Origin: an uncultured Acidobacteriota bacterium
Lineage (GTDB): Bacteria; Acidobacteriota; Thermoanaerobaculia; Multivoradales; JAGPDF01
Direction: 5' to 3'
Assembly: GCA_963803995.1 (NCBI GenBank)
Contig: CAWDOT010000026.1
Span: 4,260 to 68,259 of the forward strand
Length of the DNA: 64,000 bases
Shown here: piece after piece, positions 50,848-60,274 of the stretch
How positions within the stretch are numbered: position 1 is the stretch's first letter
How the letters are laid out: every line of letters starts with the position of its first letter
Made by a program: the position numbers and the translations under genes
Notes under the pieces: model-generated
Seen by the model: only the letters and a program-made list of their open reading frames with translations
Databases searched by the model: none
What the model was told of the DNA's origin: nothing

Positions 50848-51746
50848 GCCTTCAGGTTGACCAGGCCGCGCACGTCGACCTGGAGCAGGACGTCGGGCAG
50901 ATAGTCGGCGTCCGGGTAGAACCCGCTCTGCAGGCGGGCGTACCAGCGGCGCGCTCCGAAGCGATCGCCGAGCGCCGCGGCCGCGGCGCCGAGCAGATAG
51001 AGGGCGTTCTTCTCCGCGTCGGCGTCGCCGAGCGCGGTGGCGAGGTCGAGCGCGCGCCGCCCGTGCCGGCGCGCGGCGCTCGGCTTCTCGATCTCGAGCA
51101 GCACGAAGCAGAGGTCGAGCCGCGCCAGCAGCTCGTGGCGCTCGGCGCCCAGGCGGCACAGCGCGCGCAGCGACTCGCGCAGCAGGGTGAGTCCTTCGAG
51201 CCGCCGGCCGAGCAGGGCCTCGCAGTAGCCGAGGTTGTCGAGGATCACGGCGCGCCGCAGCCGGTCGCCGGCGTCGAGCAGCTCGAGCGAGCTGCGGTAG
51301 ACGGTGACCGCTTCGGCGAAGCGGCTCTCGGCGACCAGCAGGTTGGCGAGCTGGTTCTGGCTCGAGGCCCGCCGCCCGCGATCCAGGCTCTCGGCGCGGT
51401 CGCGGCCGACCTGGGCGTAGAAGAGCGCCTTCTTGCTCTCCTTGCGCAGCTCGTAGGCGCGCGCCAGCGAGTAGGCGGCGAGGAAGCAGTTCTCGGAGTC
51501 GCGCGAGCGCATCAGCAGCGCGCGCAGCTCCGGGGCGAGATCGAAGCCACCGCCGGTCTCGAGCAGGATTGCGGCCCGCACCACGAAGGCCCGGTCGCGC
51601 AGATCGTCTTCGCCCGCCTCGGCAGCCCACGCGAGCGCGGCCTCGAGCCAGGCCTGCGCCTGGTCGAGGTGACCGGCGTCGATCGCCCGGCCCCATTGCT
51701 CGCGGGCGGCTTCGTAAGCGGCGCGGGAGTCGACGACGAAGCTCAA
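50844..51746 (-). CDS. tetratricopeptide-repeat (TPR) protein
   Basis: The last 300 codons of ORF 50844..52160, from TTG at 51746 (TTGA overlap with the XRE gene). Repeated helical A/L/Y-rich 34-aa-like units, for example NCFLAAYSLARAYELRKESKKALFYAQVG and NQLANLLVAESRFAEAVTVYRSS. Confidence 0.65.
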   Translation of the reverse strand: MSFVVDSRAAYEAAREQWGRAIDAGHLDQAQAWLEAALAWAAEAGEDDLRDRAFVVRAAILLETGGGFDLAPELRALLMRSRDSENCFLAAYSLARAYELRKESKKALFYAQVGRDRAESLDRGRRASSQNQLANLLVAESRFAEAVTVYRSSLELLDAGDRLRRAVILDNLGYCEALLGRRLEGLTLLRESLRALCRLGAERHELLARLDLCFVLLEIEKPSAARRHGRRALDLATALGDADAEKNALYLLGAAAAALGDRFGARRWYARLQSGFYPDADYLPDVLLQVDVRGLVNLKA

Positions 51747-52132
51747 GAGACGCTCCGTTCCAGGCGCGAGCGCTGGCTGGGGGCGCGCGTGGCCGGCACG
51801 CGGTCGAGGATCAGGCTCTCGACCTCCTGCTGCGCGTTGCTGTCGAGCTCGTGGAAGCCGCGCACCAGACGCAGATCGCGCGGCGTGATCGACTCGTGCG
51901 CGACCTCCTCGAAGAACTCGCCGATGCCGAGGCGGAACTCCGCGAGGATCTTGAAGAGGGTGTCGAGGGAGACCCGGTACTCGCCCTTCTCCATGCGCGA
52001 AAGGTCCGACTGCTGGATGCCCAGCCGCTGCGCGAGCTCGGTCTGCGTCAGCCGCCGTTCCTTGCGCAGCTGCCGGATCTTGCGGCCCACGAGCTGGACC
52101 TGTCGGAATTCGGGCATGGTGGCCATGGTCAT
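51743..52132 (-). CDS. XRE-family helix-turn-helix transcriptional regulator
   Basis: VGRKIRQLRKERRLTQTELAQRLGIQQSDLSRMEKGEYRVSLDTLFKI is a textbook HTH_3. The start is one of the ATGs at 52132, 52126 or 52117. Confidence 0.85.
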   Translation of the reverse strand: MTMATMPEFRQVQLVGRKIRQLRKERRLTQTELAQRLGIQQSDLSRMEKGEYRVSLDTLFKILAEFRLGIGEFFEEVAHESITPRDLRLVRGFHELDSNAQQEVESLILDRVPATRAPSQRSRLERSVS

Positions 52133-52232
52133 CGGCAGGGACGGACCCCGCGCTTCGCATAGTAGGCGGGCGCGCGAATCCATGTCAAGATGCCATCGCC
52201 GCAGGCGGGCCGGCCCGCTCCGGCTTCCTGGC

Positions 52233-53003
52233 ATGGTCCGATTCCGATTCCTCCTGCGCGAGCTGGTCGCGCGCGACCTCCGCGGGCGTTATGCGGGGTC
52301 GCTGCTCGGCTTCCTCTGGGCGTTCGTCCACCCGCTCTGGCAGCTCGCCCTGTTCAGCTTCGTCTTCGCCTACGTCCTGCGCGTGCCGCTGGTCGGTGAG
52401 CGGACGGCGAGCTTCCCTCTCTTCCTGTTCGCCGGGCTGCTGCCCTGGCTCGGAGTCCAGGAAGGGGTCCAGCGCGCGACCACGGTGGTCGCCGAGAACG
52501 CCAACCTGGTCAAGAAACTGCGCTTCCCGAGCCAGCTCCTGGTGCTGGCGGTGGTCCTGGGCTCCTTCGCCCACCAGTCGGTCGCGCTCGGCGTGTTCGC
52601 GGCCCTCCAGGGCGTGCGCGGAGCGCTCGCCTGGAGCGCCCTGCCCTGGCTCGCGCTGGCGATCGTCGCCCAGCTCGCCCTCGCCTTCGGTCTCGGGCTG
52701 GCGGCCTCGTCCGCGCAGGTCTACTTCCGCGACGTCGCCCAGATCGTCGGTATCGCGCTCTCGGCCTGGTTCTACCTGACGCCGATCGTCTACCCGATCG
52801 GCATCGTGCCGGAGGCGCTGCGCGAGCTCCTCTTCTGCAACCCGCTCGCGGTCATCGTCGGCCTCTACCGGACCGCGCTGCTCGGCAGCGCTCCGCCGCC
52901 GCTCGTTCCCCTCCTCGTCCTGGCGGGCGTCGCGGCGTGCGCGCTCGCCGGCGGGCTCGCGATCTTCCGCCGGCTGCGGCCCGGTTTCGCGGACGAGCTC
53001 TAG
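52233..53003 (+). CDS. wzm: ABC-2 type polysaccharide/O-antigen export permease
   Basis: Internal ATG of ORF 51063..53003. LLRELVARDLRGRYAGSLLGFLWAFVHPL, six TM-like stretches, YFRDVAQIV and NPLAVIV. Confidence 0.88.
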   Translation: MVRFRFLLRELVARDLRGRYAGSLLGFLWAFVHPLWQLALFSFVFAYVLRVPLVGERTASFPLFLFAGLLPWLGVQEGVQRATTVVAENANLVKKLRFPSQLLVLAVVLGSFAHQSVALGVFAALQGVRGALAWSALPWLALAIVAQLALAFGLGLAASSAQVYFRDVAQIVGIALSAWFYLTPIVYPIGIVPEALRELLFCNPLAVIVGLYRTALLGSAPPPLVPLLVLAGVAACALAGGLAIFRRLRPGFADEL

Positions 53004-53098
53004 ATCGGTCGCGAGCCGGTATCTCTCTTGCTAGTCCCCTCTGCTCGATGCGCCGAAACCGGCCGCTTTGGCCCGATCTGCCTGACGAAAGGACCCCT

Positions 53099-54878
53099 AT
53101 GAGCAGCTCCCCGCGCCGCTACGCCATCCGTGCGGCTTTCGCCGTCGCCGCGCTCGCCGCGGCTCTCGCCGCACCGCCGAGCCGGGCCCAGGCGCCCGCC
53201 GAGCCCGCCCCGACGGCCGCGCCGGCGCCGGCGGCGACGCCCGCATCGGGCGAACCCCGGGTCACGCGCGTGCGCGAGCCCGAAGTGGTGGTCACCCACG
53301 ACCCGGACGCCGCCGTGGTGCCACCCGAGGAGGGTGAGGCCGCGCCGAAACTGCGGCCCTGGCAGAAGCAGCAGCAGCCCCCGGACGGCAAATGGCTGAC
53401 CGACGAGCGGGGCCGCGAGTACTACATCAAGAAGTTCAAGAAGCCGAGCGAGAACGCCTATCTCCGCCTGGAAGGCAACCGGGTCCGCCTGCCCGGCGGC
53501 ATGACCATCGACCTGGCCGGCGAGGACGCCGAGTTCTTCCTCGGCAAGATCTACCGGGTGGACAACATCCAGCCCCAGGTCGCCACCAAGAAGCCCGAGC
53601 CGACCGCCGACGAGCTCGCCGCCAAGGAGGCCGAGTACAAGGTCACGACCGGGGCGAGCGACCGCCTCCGCTTCCTGCCGATCGGCGCGGGCCTGCCCAA
53701 CGACGGCCAGTGGCGCAACGGCTTCGACCTGGCCGACGTCAACCTCGACGGCAAGCTCGACATCGTCCACGGCGGCGTGCGCCGGCAGCTGCGCGCCTAC
53801 CCGCACATCTTCCTGGGCGACGGCAAGGGCGCCTTCAAGGAATGGGAGGAGGCGCGCTACCCGCCGCTGCCCTACGACTACGGCGACATCTCGGTGGGCG
53901 ACTTCAACCGCGACAAGAAGCCCGACCTCGCGATCGCCGTCCACCTGCGCGGCCTGATCGCCCTCGAGGGCGACGGCAAGGGCAACTTCGTGCTCGCGGG
54001 ACAGGGCCTCGGCTTCGAGGCCGGCGCCCTCCAGCCCGGCCAGGTCAGCCTCTTCTCTTCGCGCGCGGTCCAGACGCTCGACTGGGACGGCGACGGCCGC
54101 GACGAGATCCTCGCGCTCGCCGAGGGCCCGATGGGCTCCTTCAGCGCGCAGAAGGGGACGACCAACCGGATGCAGCAGTCCTACGGCGTCGCGCTCTACC
54201 GCCAGGGCCGCCGACGGCGGCTGGCAGCCGGTGACGCAAGGCAAGACCCATCCCGAGCTGTTCGGCGATTCCCTGGTCACCGGCGACTTCGACGGCGACG
54301 GCAGGATCGACTTCGCGGCGGGCTCGAACTCCCGGGGCAACGCCGCGCTCGTCCACCTGCACCAGGCCGACGGTTCCTGGAACTACGTCTGGGTCGACAG
54401 CCTCCGGCTGCGCTCCTTCGCGCGCGTGGTGGCCGCGGCCGACCTCGACGGCGACAAGCGCGACGAGCTGATCGTCGGCTACCAGAGCGCCGAGCTCTCC
54501 GTCTGGCGCACCGGCATCGACATCTACAAGCTGGGCGCCGACGGCAAGTTCACGCGCCAGAGCGTGTTCGTCGAACCGGGCAGCAAGGGCTTCTTCGCGC
54601 TCGCCGCCGGCGACCTCGACGGCGACGGCAAGCCGGACCTCGCCGGCGGCACCGGCGACGGCCGCATCTACGTCTTCCTCAACGACGGCAAGGGCGGATT
54701 CACGGTCGAGGACACCGCCGGCATGGCCAGCGAGGCCACCTGCCGCGTCTACGACCTCGCCATCGCGGACCTCGACCGCGACAAGCGCGGGGACCTGGTC
54801 GCCGCGCTCGCCGGCGAAACGTGCCCGGAGCAGGGGCGGATGGTCGCCTGGCGCTCGACCGCGACCGCCAAGCGCTGA
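53099..54878 (+). pseudogene. secreted FG-GAP/VCBS-repeat (integrin-alpha-like beta-propeller) protein, frame-disrupted (+1 shift near 54208)
   Basis: Signal peptide, then a Pro/Ala-rich linker. Seven Ca-binding-type repeats follow: DVNLDGKLDIV, GDFNRDKKPDLA, LDWDGDGRDEIL, GDFDGDGRIDFA, ADLDGDKRDELI, GDLDGDGKPDLA, ADLDRDKRGDLV. The last four are in ORF 54231..54878. Confidence 0.82.
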
Positions 54879-54921
54879 CCCCTGCCGCCGGGCGCCCCCG
54901 GCCCCGGTTCCGGACCTTCCC

Positions 54922-54953
54922 GCCCCCCTCCCGGAGAGCCCGCGGAGGGGGGC
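54922..54953 (+). terminator. GC-rich hairpin after the FG-GAP gene (no U-tract)
   Basis: 10-bp stem GCCCCCCTCC / GGAGGGGGGC with a 12-nt loop, 44 nt after the stop at 54878. Confidence 0.3.
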
Positions 54954-55122
54954 TTCCGCCCCCCTTCCGGTCCCTTCCGGCCCTGTGCTACCATCGCCCC
55001 CGACCGATCTCTTTAATCGGAGGTGATGTCCCGCGCAGTACGCAGACGAGTCTGTCGTCATCGATGCGAAGTTGGATGTCGCTTTCGCAGGCAAGGGAAT
55101 CCTGGAAAGGAGATTGTCTCAG

Positions 55123-56586
55123 ATGAAGAAACTCGTTAGCTGCTTCGCGGTGGCTAGCCTCCTGGCGCTGGGCAGCTCGGCGATCGCCGACCTCTGCACC
55201 ATCGAGGCCACCCCGGCCGCGACGCTCCTCCTGCCGTACTTCGAGGTGGACATCGACAACCCGAACGGGGTCGATACGTTCTTCTCGATCAACAACGCGT
55301 CGGCCGCCGCCGCGATGACCCACGTCATCGTCTGGACCGACCTCTCGGTCGAGGCGCTCGACTTCAACGTCTACCTGACCGGCTATGACGTCCAGACGAT
55401 CGGCATGGGCCTGATCATCCGCGACGGCATCCTGCCGGTCACCGCGAAGTCGACCTCGGTCAGCCCCCGTGGCCCGTACTCGGACCCGGCACGGCCGCTC
55501 GTACCCGAACTGCTCGGGCGTGCTGCCCTACGACGTGCCGGCGCTCGACGCGACTACATCTCGCACGTCCAGTCGATCCTGACCGGCGGTCCGTCGGCGA
55601 TCTACAACGGCCGCTGCGGTGGCCAGGACCTCGGCGACAACGTCGCGCGCGGCTATGTGACGGTCGACGTCACCAACGACTGCACGCTGCAGACCCCCTG
55701 CGAGTCCGGCTATTTCTGGACCGAGGCCGGCCCTTACACCGGTGTTGCCGAGTACGACAACATCCTGTGGGGCGACTGGTACATGATCGATTACGCCAAC
55801 GACTTCGCCCAGGGCGACAACCTCGTGCACGTCGAGGCCGTCGACCCGGCCGATCTCGTCGGCCAGGACACCCTCAACGGCACCTTCTGGGGCCGTTGCT
55901 ACGGTGACTGGGACACTCCCGATCCGGCCCCGGGCAGCCCGGTGGTGGCGACCTTCGCGAGACCCTGCCGACCACGTTCGCCACGCGCTTCTACCAGAAC
56001 GCGGCGTTGCCGGCGGCACGGACCTGCTGGTCTGGCGTGACTCGACGATCCAGATGTACATCGCCGACCTCTTCGCCTTCTACGGCTATGGCTACGATCA
56101 GGACGTCCGCGGCTTCGAGTGCTTCCTCGGCGCGCCCTTCTGGTACCCGCTGACCCAGCGTCAGACGGTGACCTTCGACGAGGCCGAGAACCCCGAGGCG
56201 CTGTGCACGATCTCGCCCTGCCCCGAGGCCGACATCCTGTTCCCGGCCGAGGCGCAGCGCATCTCGGTCCGGACCTCGACGTCACCCCGGAGTCGGGCTG
56301 GATGTACCTCAACCTGAACATGCCGGACATCTTCACGATCGAGGACCAGCCCGCCACGATGCTCGCGCAGAACTGGGTCACCGCGGTCCACAAGGCCGAG
56401 GGCCGGTTCAGCGCCGGTCTGCCGGCGATCCAGCTCGCCAACGTGTGCGACGCGATCAGCGTGACGCTCGGACCGACGGGCCCGGACTACCCGGCGCTCG
56501 ACGAGATCACGCTCAACTTCCTCAACTACTACTACTACACCTTCGGGCGGCCGCGCCCGATCAGACCGGGAGCGGCATCCAGCTGA
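55123..56586 (+). pseudogene. secreted cysteine-rich protein of unknown family, frame-disrupted (about five shifts: near 55490, 55552, 55940, 56005, 56268)
   Basis: ATG preceded by GGAAAGGAG. Signal peptide MKKLVSCFAVASLLALGSSAIA. Coherent pieces are spread over three frames: TLLLPYFEVDIDNPNG...YLTGYDVQTIG; YPNCSGVLPYDVPALDA; RGYVTVDVTNDCTLQTPCESGYFW; ETLPTTFATRFYQNAAL; GGTDLLVWRDSTIQMY...FECFLGAPFWYP; ESGWMYLNLNMPD...AVHKAEGRFSAG. GC is visibly lower than in the neighbouring genes. Confidence 0.6.
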
Positions 56587-56632
56587 ACATGAATCGTTTC
56601 GGCAACTGAGCCGAGCGCGCTTCCGGTAGTCG

Positions 56633-56670
56633 ACGGCGCGGACCTTCCGGTCCGCGCCGTTTTTCTTTTC
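56633..56670 (+). terminator. strong intrinsic terminator
   Basis: 12-bp stem ACGGCGCGGACC / GGTCCGCGCCGT, loop TTCC, followed by TTTTCTTTTC. Confidence 0.8.
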
Positions 56671-56704
56671 TGCGCGCCGAGCGCGCGGCGATAGGATCCT
56701 CCGG

Positions 56705-57910
56705 ATGCAGCGGCTCCCCGCCGTCGAGGCGTTCGATCTCGGCAAGACCTATCGTCTCTACGCCTCGCCCGCCGCGCGGCTGCTCGAGATGGTGACGCGG
56801 CGTTCCCGCCACCGCGCCTTCCGGGCTCTCGACGCCGTCTCCTTCGACCTGCCGGCCGGCGAGAGCCTGGCGATCGTCGGCGAGAACGGCGCCGGCAAGT
56901 CGACGCTGCTCAAGCTGGTCGCCGGCGTGGCGACGCCGACCACCGGGCGGCTCGATGTGCGCGGCCGCGTCGCGGCGATCCTCGAGCTCGGCTCCGGCTT
57001 CCACCCCGACTTCACGGGACGCCAGAACATCGAGCTCAACGCCGCGCTCCTCGGCCTCGCGGAGCAGGAGGTGCGCGCGCGCCTGCCCGAGATCGTCGCC
57101 TGGAGCGAGCTCGGCGAGTTCATCGATCAGCCGGTGCGGCAGTACTCGAGCGGCATGGCGATGCGGCTCGGCTTCTCGATCGCCACCCAGGTCGATCCCG
57201 AGATCCTGATCGTCGACGAGGCTCTTTCGGTCGGCGACGGCTATTTCCAGAAGAAGTGCATGGATCGCATCCTGGCGTTCGCCGAGCAGGGGCGCACGCT
57301 CCTCTTCTGCTCGCACGCCATGTACTACGTGTCGGCCTTCTGCTCGCGCGCGATCTGGCTGCGCGAAGGCCGGATCGAGGCCGCGGGCGAGACCGGGCAG
57401 GTGGTGCGCGAGTACGAGCGCTTCCTGCTCTCGAAGCACGCGGCCCCCGCCGGGGCGCCCGCGGTCCCGCCGCCGGCGCCGCGACCCGAAGAGCCGGGAG
57501 CCCCGGCCCGCCTGCTCGCGGTCCGCCAGATCTCGGCCTCCGGCGAGCAGCCCGCCTACCGCGTCGGCGAGCGCTGGGAGGTCGAGGTCGACTGGGAGTG
57601 CGCGGACCCCGCGCTCGCCTTCCATGTCGCGCTCGGCATCAACCGCGCAGAGGACGGCCTGCCGATCGCCTCCTTCGCGACCCACTACTCCGGCGTGGCG
57701 CCGCTGTCCGGGCGGACGCGGCACCATCTGCGGCTCGAGCTGCCCGCGCTGCCCCTCGCCAAAGGAAGCTTCTCGCTCGCCGTCTTCCTGCTCGACGAGC
57801 AGGGCCTGCACGTCTACGACCAGCGCCACGTCGCCGACGCGTTCACGGTGCTGTCGCCGCAGTTCGTTCCCGGGCTGGTCGAGATCGAGCACCACTGGCG
57901 CGCCGGGTGA
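56705..57910 (+). CDS. wzt: polysaccharide/O-antigen ABC exporter ATPase with C-terminal carbohydrate-binding-type domain
   Basis: Walker A GENGAGKST, signature YSSGMAMRL, Walker B ILIVDEALS, then a ~150-aa beta-rich C-terminal extension as in Wzt proteins. Confidence 0.9.
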   Translation: MQRLPAVEAFDLGKTYRLYASPAARLLEMVTRRSRHRAFRALDAVSFDLPAGESLAIVGENGAGKSTLLKLVAGVATPTTGRLDVRGRVAAILELGSGFHPDFTGRQNIELNAALLGLAEQEVRARLPEIVAWSELGEFIDQPVRQYSSGMAMRLGFSIATQVDPEILIVDEALSVGDGYFQKKCMDRILAFAEQGRTLLFCSHAMYYVSAFCSRAIWLREGRIEAAGETGQVVREYERFLLSKHAAPAGAPAVPPPAPRPEEPGAPARLLAVRQISASGEQPAYRVGERWEVEVDWECADPALAFHVALGINRAEDGLPIASFATHYSGVAPLSGRTRHHLRLELPALPLAKGSFSLAVFLLDEQGLHVYDQRHVADAFTVLSPQFVPGLVEIEHHWRAG

Positions 57911-59251
57911 TGCGCGCGCTCGCCGCGGTCGCGCTCGGCGCGGGCCTGGCGCTCCTGCTCTGGTTCGCCGGCGGCCCGCGCGAGGCCCGCCGCTTCGCCG
58001 ACTCCGAGAGCTATCTCGACTGCGCCCGGCAACCTCTCGGATTCGACTTCTTCTTCAGCGCCCGCGCGCCGCTCGCGCCCGGGCCGACGCCGGCGCTCGA
58101 GGACGGGATCTACCGCAACCGGCCCGCCGCTCGTCCCGCTCCTCTATCGCGCCTGCAGCCTCGACCCGGCGCGGATCGTGGCCACCCAGACGCTGCTCTA
58201 CGCCGGCTGCGCCGCAGCGGGCATCGTCCTGCTCGCCGGCGCCTGCGCCACGACCCGGCCCGGCCGGCTCGCGCTCGGTGCGCTCCTCGCCGCGCTCGCG
58301 CTGACCTGGAACCTCTCGGGCTGGACGCGCACGCTGCTCAGCGAGGGGCCCGTTCTGGCGCTCCTCTGGCTCTTCCTGGGCGCGACGGCCGACGCTCTCT
58401 CCCGCACGCGGCGAACCTCGCTCGTCGCCGCCGTCGTCGCCGGTTGGGCGCTCCTGTTCGCGCGCGACAGCGCGGCCCTCCTCGTCGTGCCGGTGCTCGC
58501 CGGCGCGCTCGTCGCCGCGCGCCTCGGCCGCCGGCGCGACCTCGCCCGGCCGCTCGCCGCGGCGCTCGTCGCGCTCCTCGCCGGCGCCGCGCTCGCGCAG
58601 TGGGGAATGCTGCGCGGCCAGCGTGCCGAGCTGCCGCTGCTCAACGTCCTCTTCCACCGCATCGCTCCCGAGCCGGCCGCGCTCGACTGGTGGCGCGCGC
58701 GCGGCCTGCCCTGGTCGCCCGAGCTCGAGCCCTTCCGCGGCCGCTACGCCTTCGAGCGCGACCTCGAGATCTTCCGCTCGCCCGCGCATCGGCCGCTGCG
58801 CGACTGGTTCGAGCGGCGCGGCCGCGGCCTCTACGCCCGCTTCCTCGTCACTCACCCCGGCTTCGTGGCGCGCGAGACGGCGCGCGGCGCCGCGGATCTG
58901 TTCGGCGCCGACCTCGCCACCTACCTCGGCGCGCCGCCGTCGGGGGCGCTCGGCGCGCTCGACCGCGGGACGCGGCTCGCCACCGCCTGGATCTGCGCGG
59001 CCGCGCTGGCGCTCGCGCTCGTCGCGCTGCTCCTCAGGCGCCCGACGCTCGAGCCGGTCGACGCCTTCGCCTTCGCCGTCGCGATCGCCTTCCTGCTGCA
59101 CGGGCTCGCGGTCTTCCATGCCGACGCCGCCGAGCCCGAGCGCCACTGCTTCCCGACCCTGATCGGACTGCAGCTCGCGGCGCTGCTCGCCCTCTTCCGC
59201 GCCTTCGCCCCGCGCCGCGCCGCCGGCCGCGGACCCGCCGCCGCGTCCTAG
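57910..59251 (+). pseudogene. polytopic membrane protein, ArnT/PMT_2-like GT-C glycosyltransferase candidate, frame-disrupted (shift near 58125)
   Basis: ATG overlaps the wzt stop (TGATG). The N-terminal TM and SESYLDCA are in the frame of ORF 57256. RPPLVPLLYRACSL and many TM stretches follow in the frame of ORF 58178..59251. Confidence 0.6.
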
Positions 59252-59263
59252 AATCGTCGCGCC

Positions 59264-60274
59264 GTGGATCTCGCCTATCTCCTCGCCCGGCCCGACCTCG
59301 GCGGCGGCACCAAAGTCGCGCTCGAGCACGCCGCGCTGCTCGCCGCGCGCGGCCACCGGGTCAGGGTGCTCGGCGAGGGCCCGCTGCCGGCGATCTTCGG
59401 ATTCCGGGGGCGCTACGTCGATCTCGAACGCGAGGCGCCGCCGGCGCCGCTCGACCTGGTCATCGCCACGTTCTGGACGACGCTCGTCCGCGCGCGGCAG
59501 CTCGAGCTCGGTCCGGTCGCGCACTTCTGCCAGGGGTTCGAAGGAGAGATTCCCCACTTCCGCGCCGACTGGCCGGCGATCGAACAGGCCTACGCCCTGC
59601 CGGCGCCGGCACTGACGGTGACGCCGCGCCTGGCCGATCTCATCAGCGAGCGCTTCGGCCGGCCGGCGCGCCTGGCGCCGCCGGCGCTCGACGCCGGGCT
59701 CGCGCCGCGCTTCCGGTTCGCGCCGCGCCCGCGCCCCTGGATCGCGCTCTACGGCGTGTTCGAAGCGGAGGTCAAAGGGATCGCCACCGGGCTCGACACG
59801 GTCGCCGAGCTGCGCCGGCGCGGCTGCGCCGCCCGGCTGCTGCGGGTCTCCGTCTTTCCTCTCTCGACGGCCGAACGCGCGCGGCTCGCCCCCGACCGCT
59901 ACCTCGAGTCGGTGCCACCGCGCGTGGCCGCGCGTGCGCTCGCGGGCTGCGACCTGCTGCTCTTCCCCGTGCGCGAGCAGGAGGGCTTCGGCCTGCCGTT
60001 GCTCGAGGCGATGGCGCTCGGCGTGCCGGCGGTTGCCTCGCGGACCCAGGGGCTCGAATTCGTCACCGGCGGCACCGGCGCGCGCCTCGCGCCCGAAGCC
60101 GACGCCGGCGGCTTCGCGGACGAGGCCGCCGCGCTGCTCGGCTCGGCACGCGTCTGGCGGGAGCAGCGGCGCGCGGGACGGACGGCGGCGCGACGCTTCG
60201 CGCCGGAGCGCGTCGCCTCCGAGCTCGACGCCGCGGTCGAATGGGCGCGTGAGCGGGCGGGAGCGCCGGCATGA
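59264..60274 (+). CDS. glycosyltransferase family 4 (GT-B, retaining)
   Basis: 336 aa with EQEGFGLPLLEAMALGVPAVAS, the E-x7-E region. Confidence 0.85.
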   Translation: MDLAYLLARPDLGGGTKVALEHAALLAARGHRVRVLGEGPLPAIFGFRGRYVDLEREAPPAPLDLVIATFWTTLVRARQLELGPVAHFCQGFEGEIPHFRADWPAIEQAYALPAPALTVTPRLADLISERFGRPARLAPPALDAGLAPRFRFAPRPRPWIALYGVFEAEVKGIATGLDTVAELRRRGCAARLLRVSVFPLSTAERARLAPDRYLESVPPRVAARALAGCDLLLFPVREQEGFGLPLLEAMALGVPAVASRTQGLEFVTGGTGARLAPEADAGGFADEAAALLGSARVWREQRRAGRTAARRFAPERVASELDAAVEWARERAGAPA

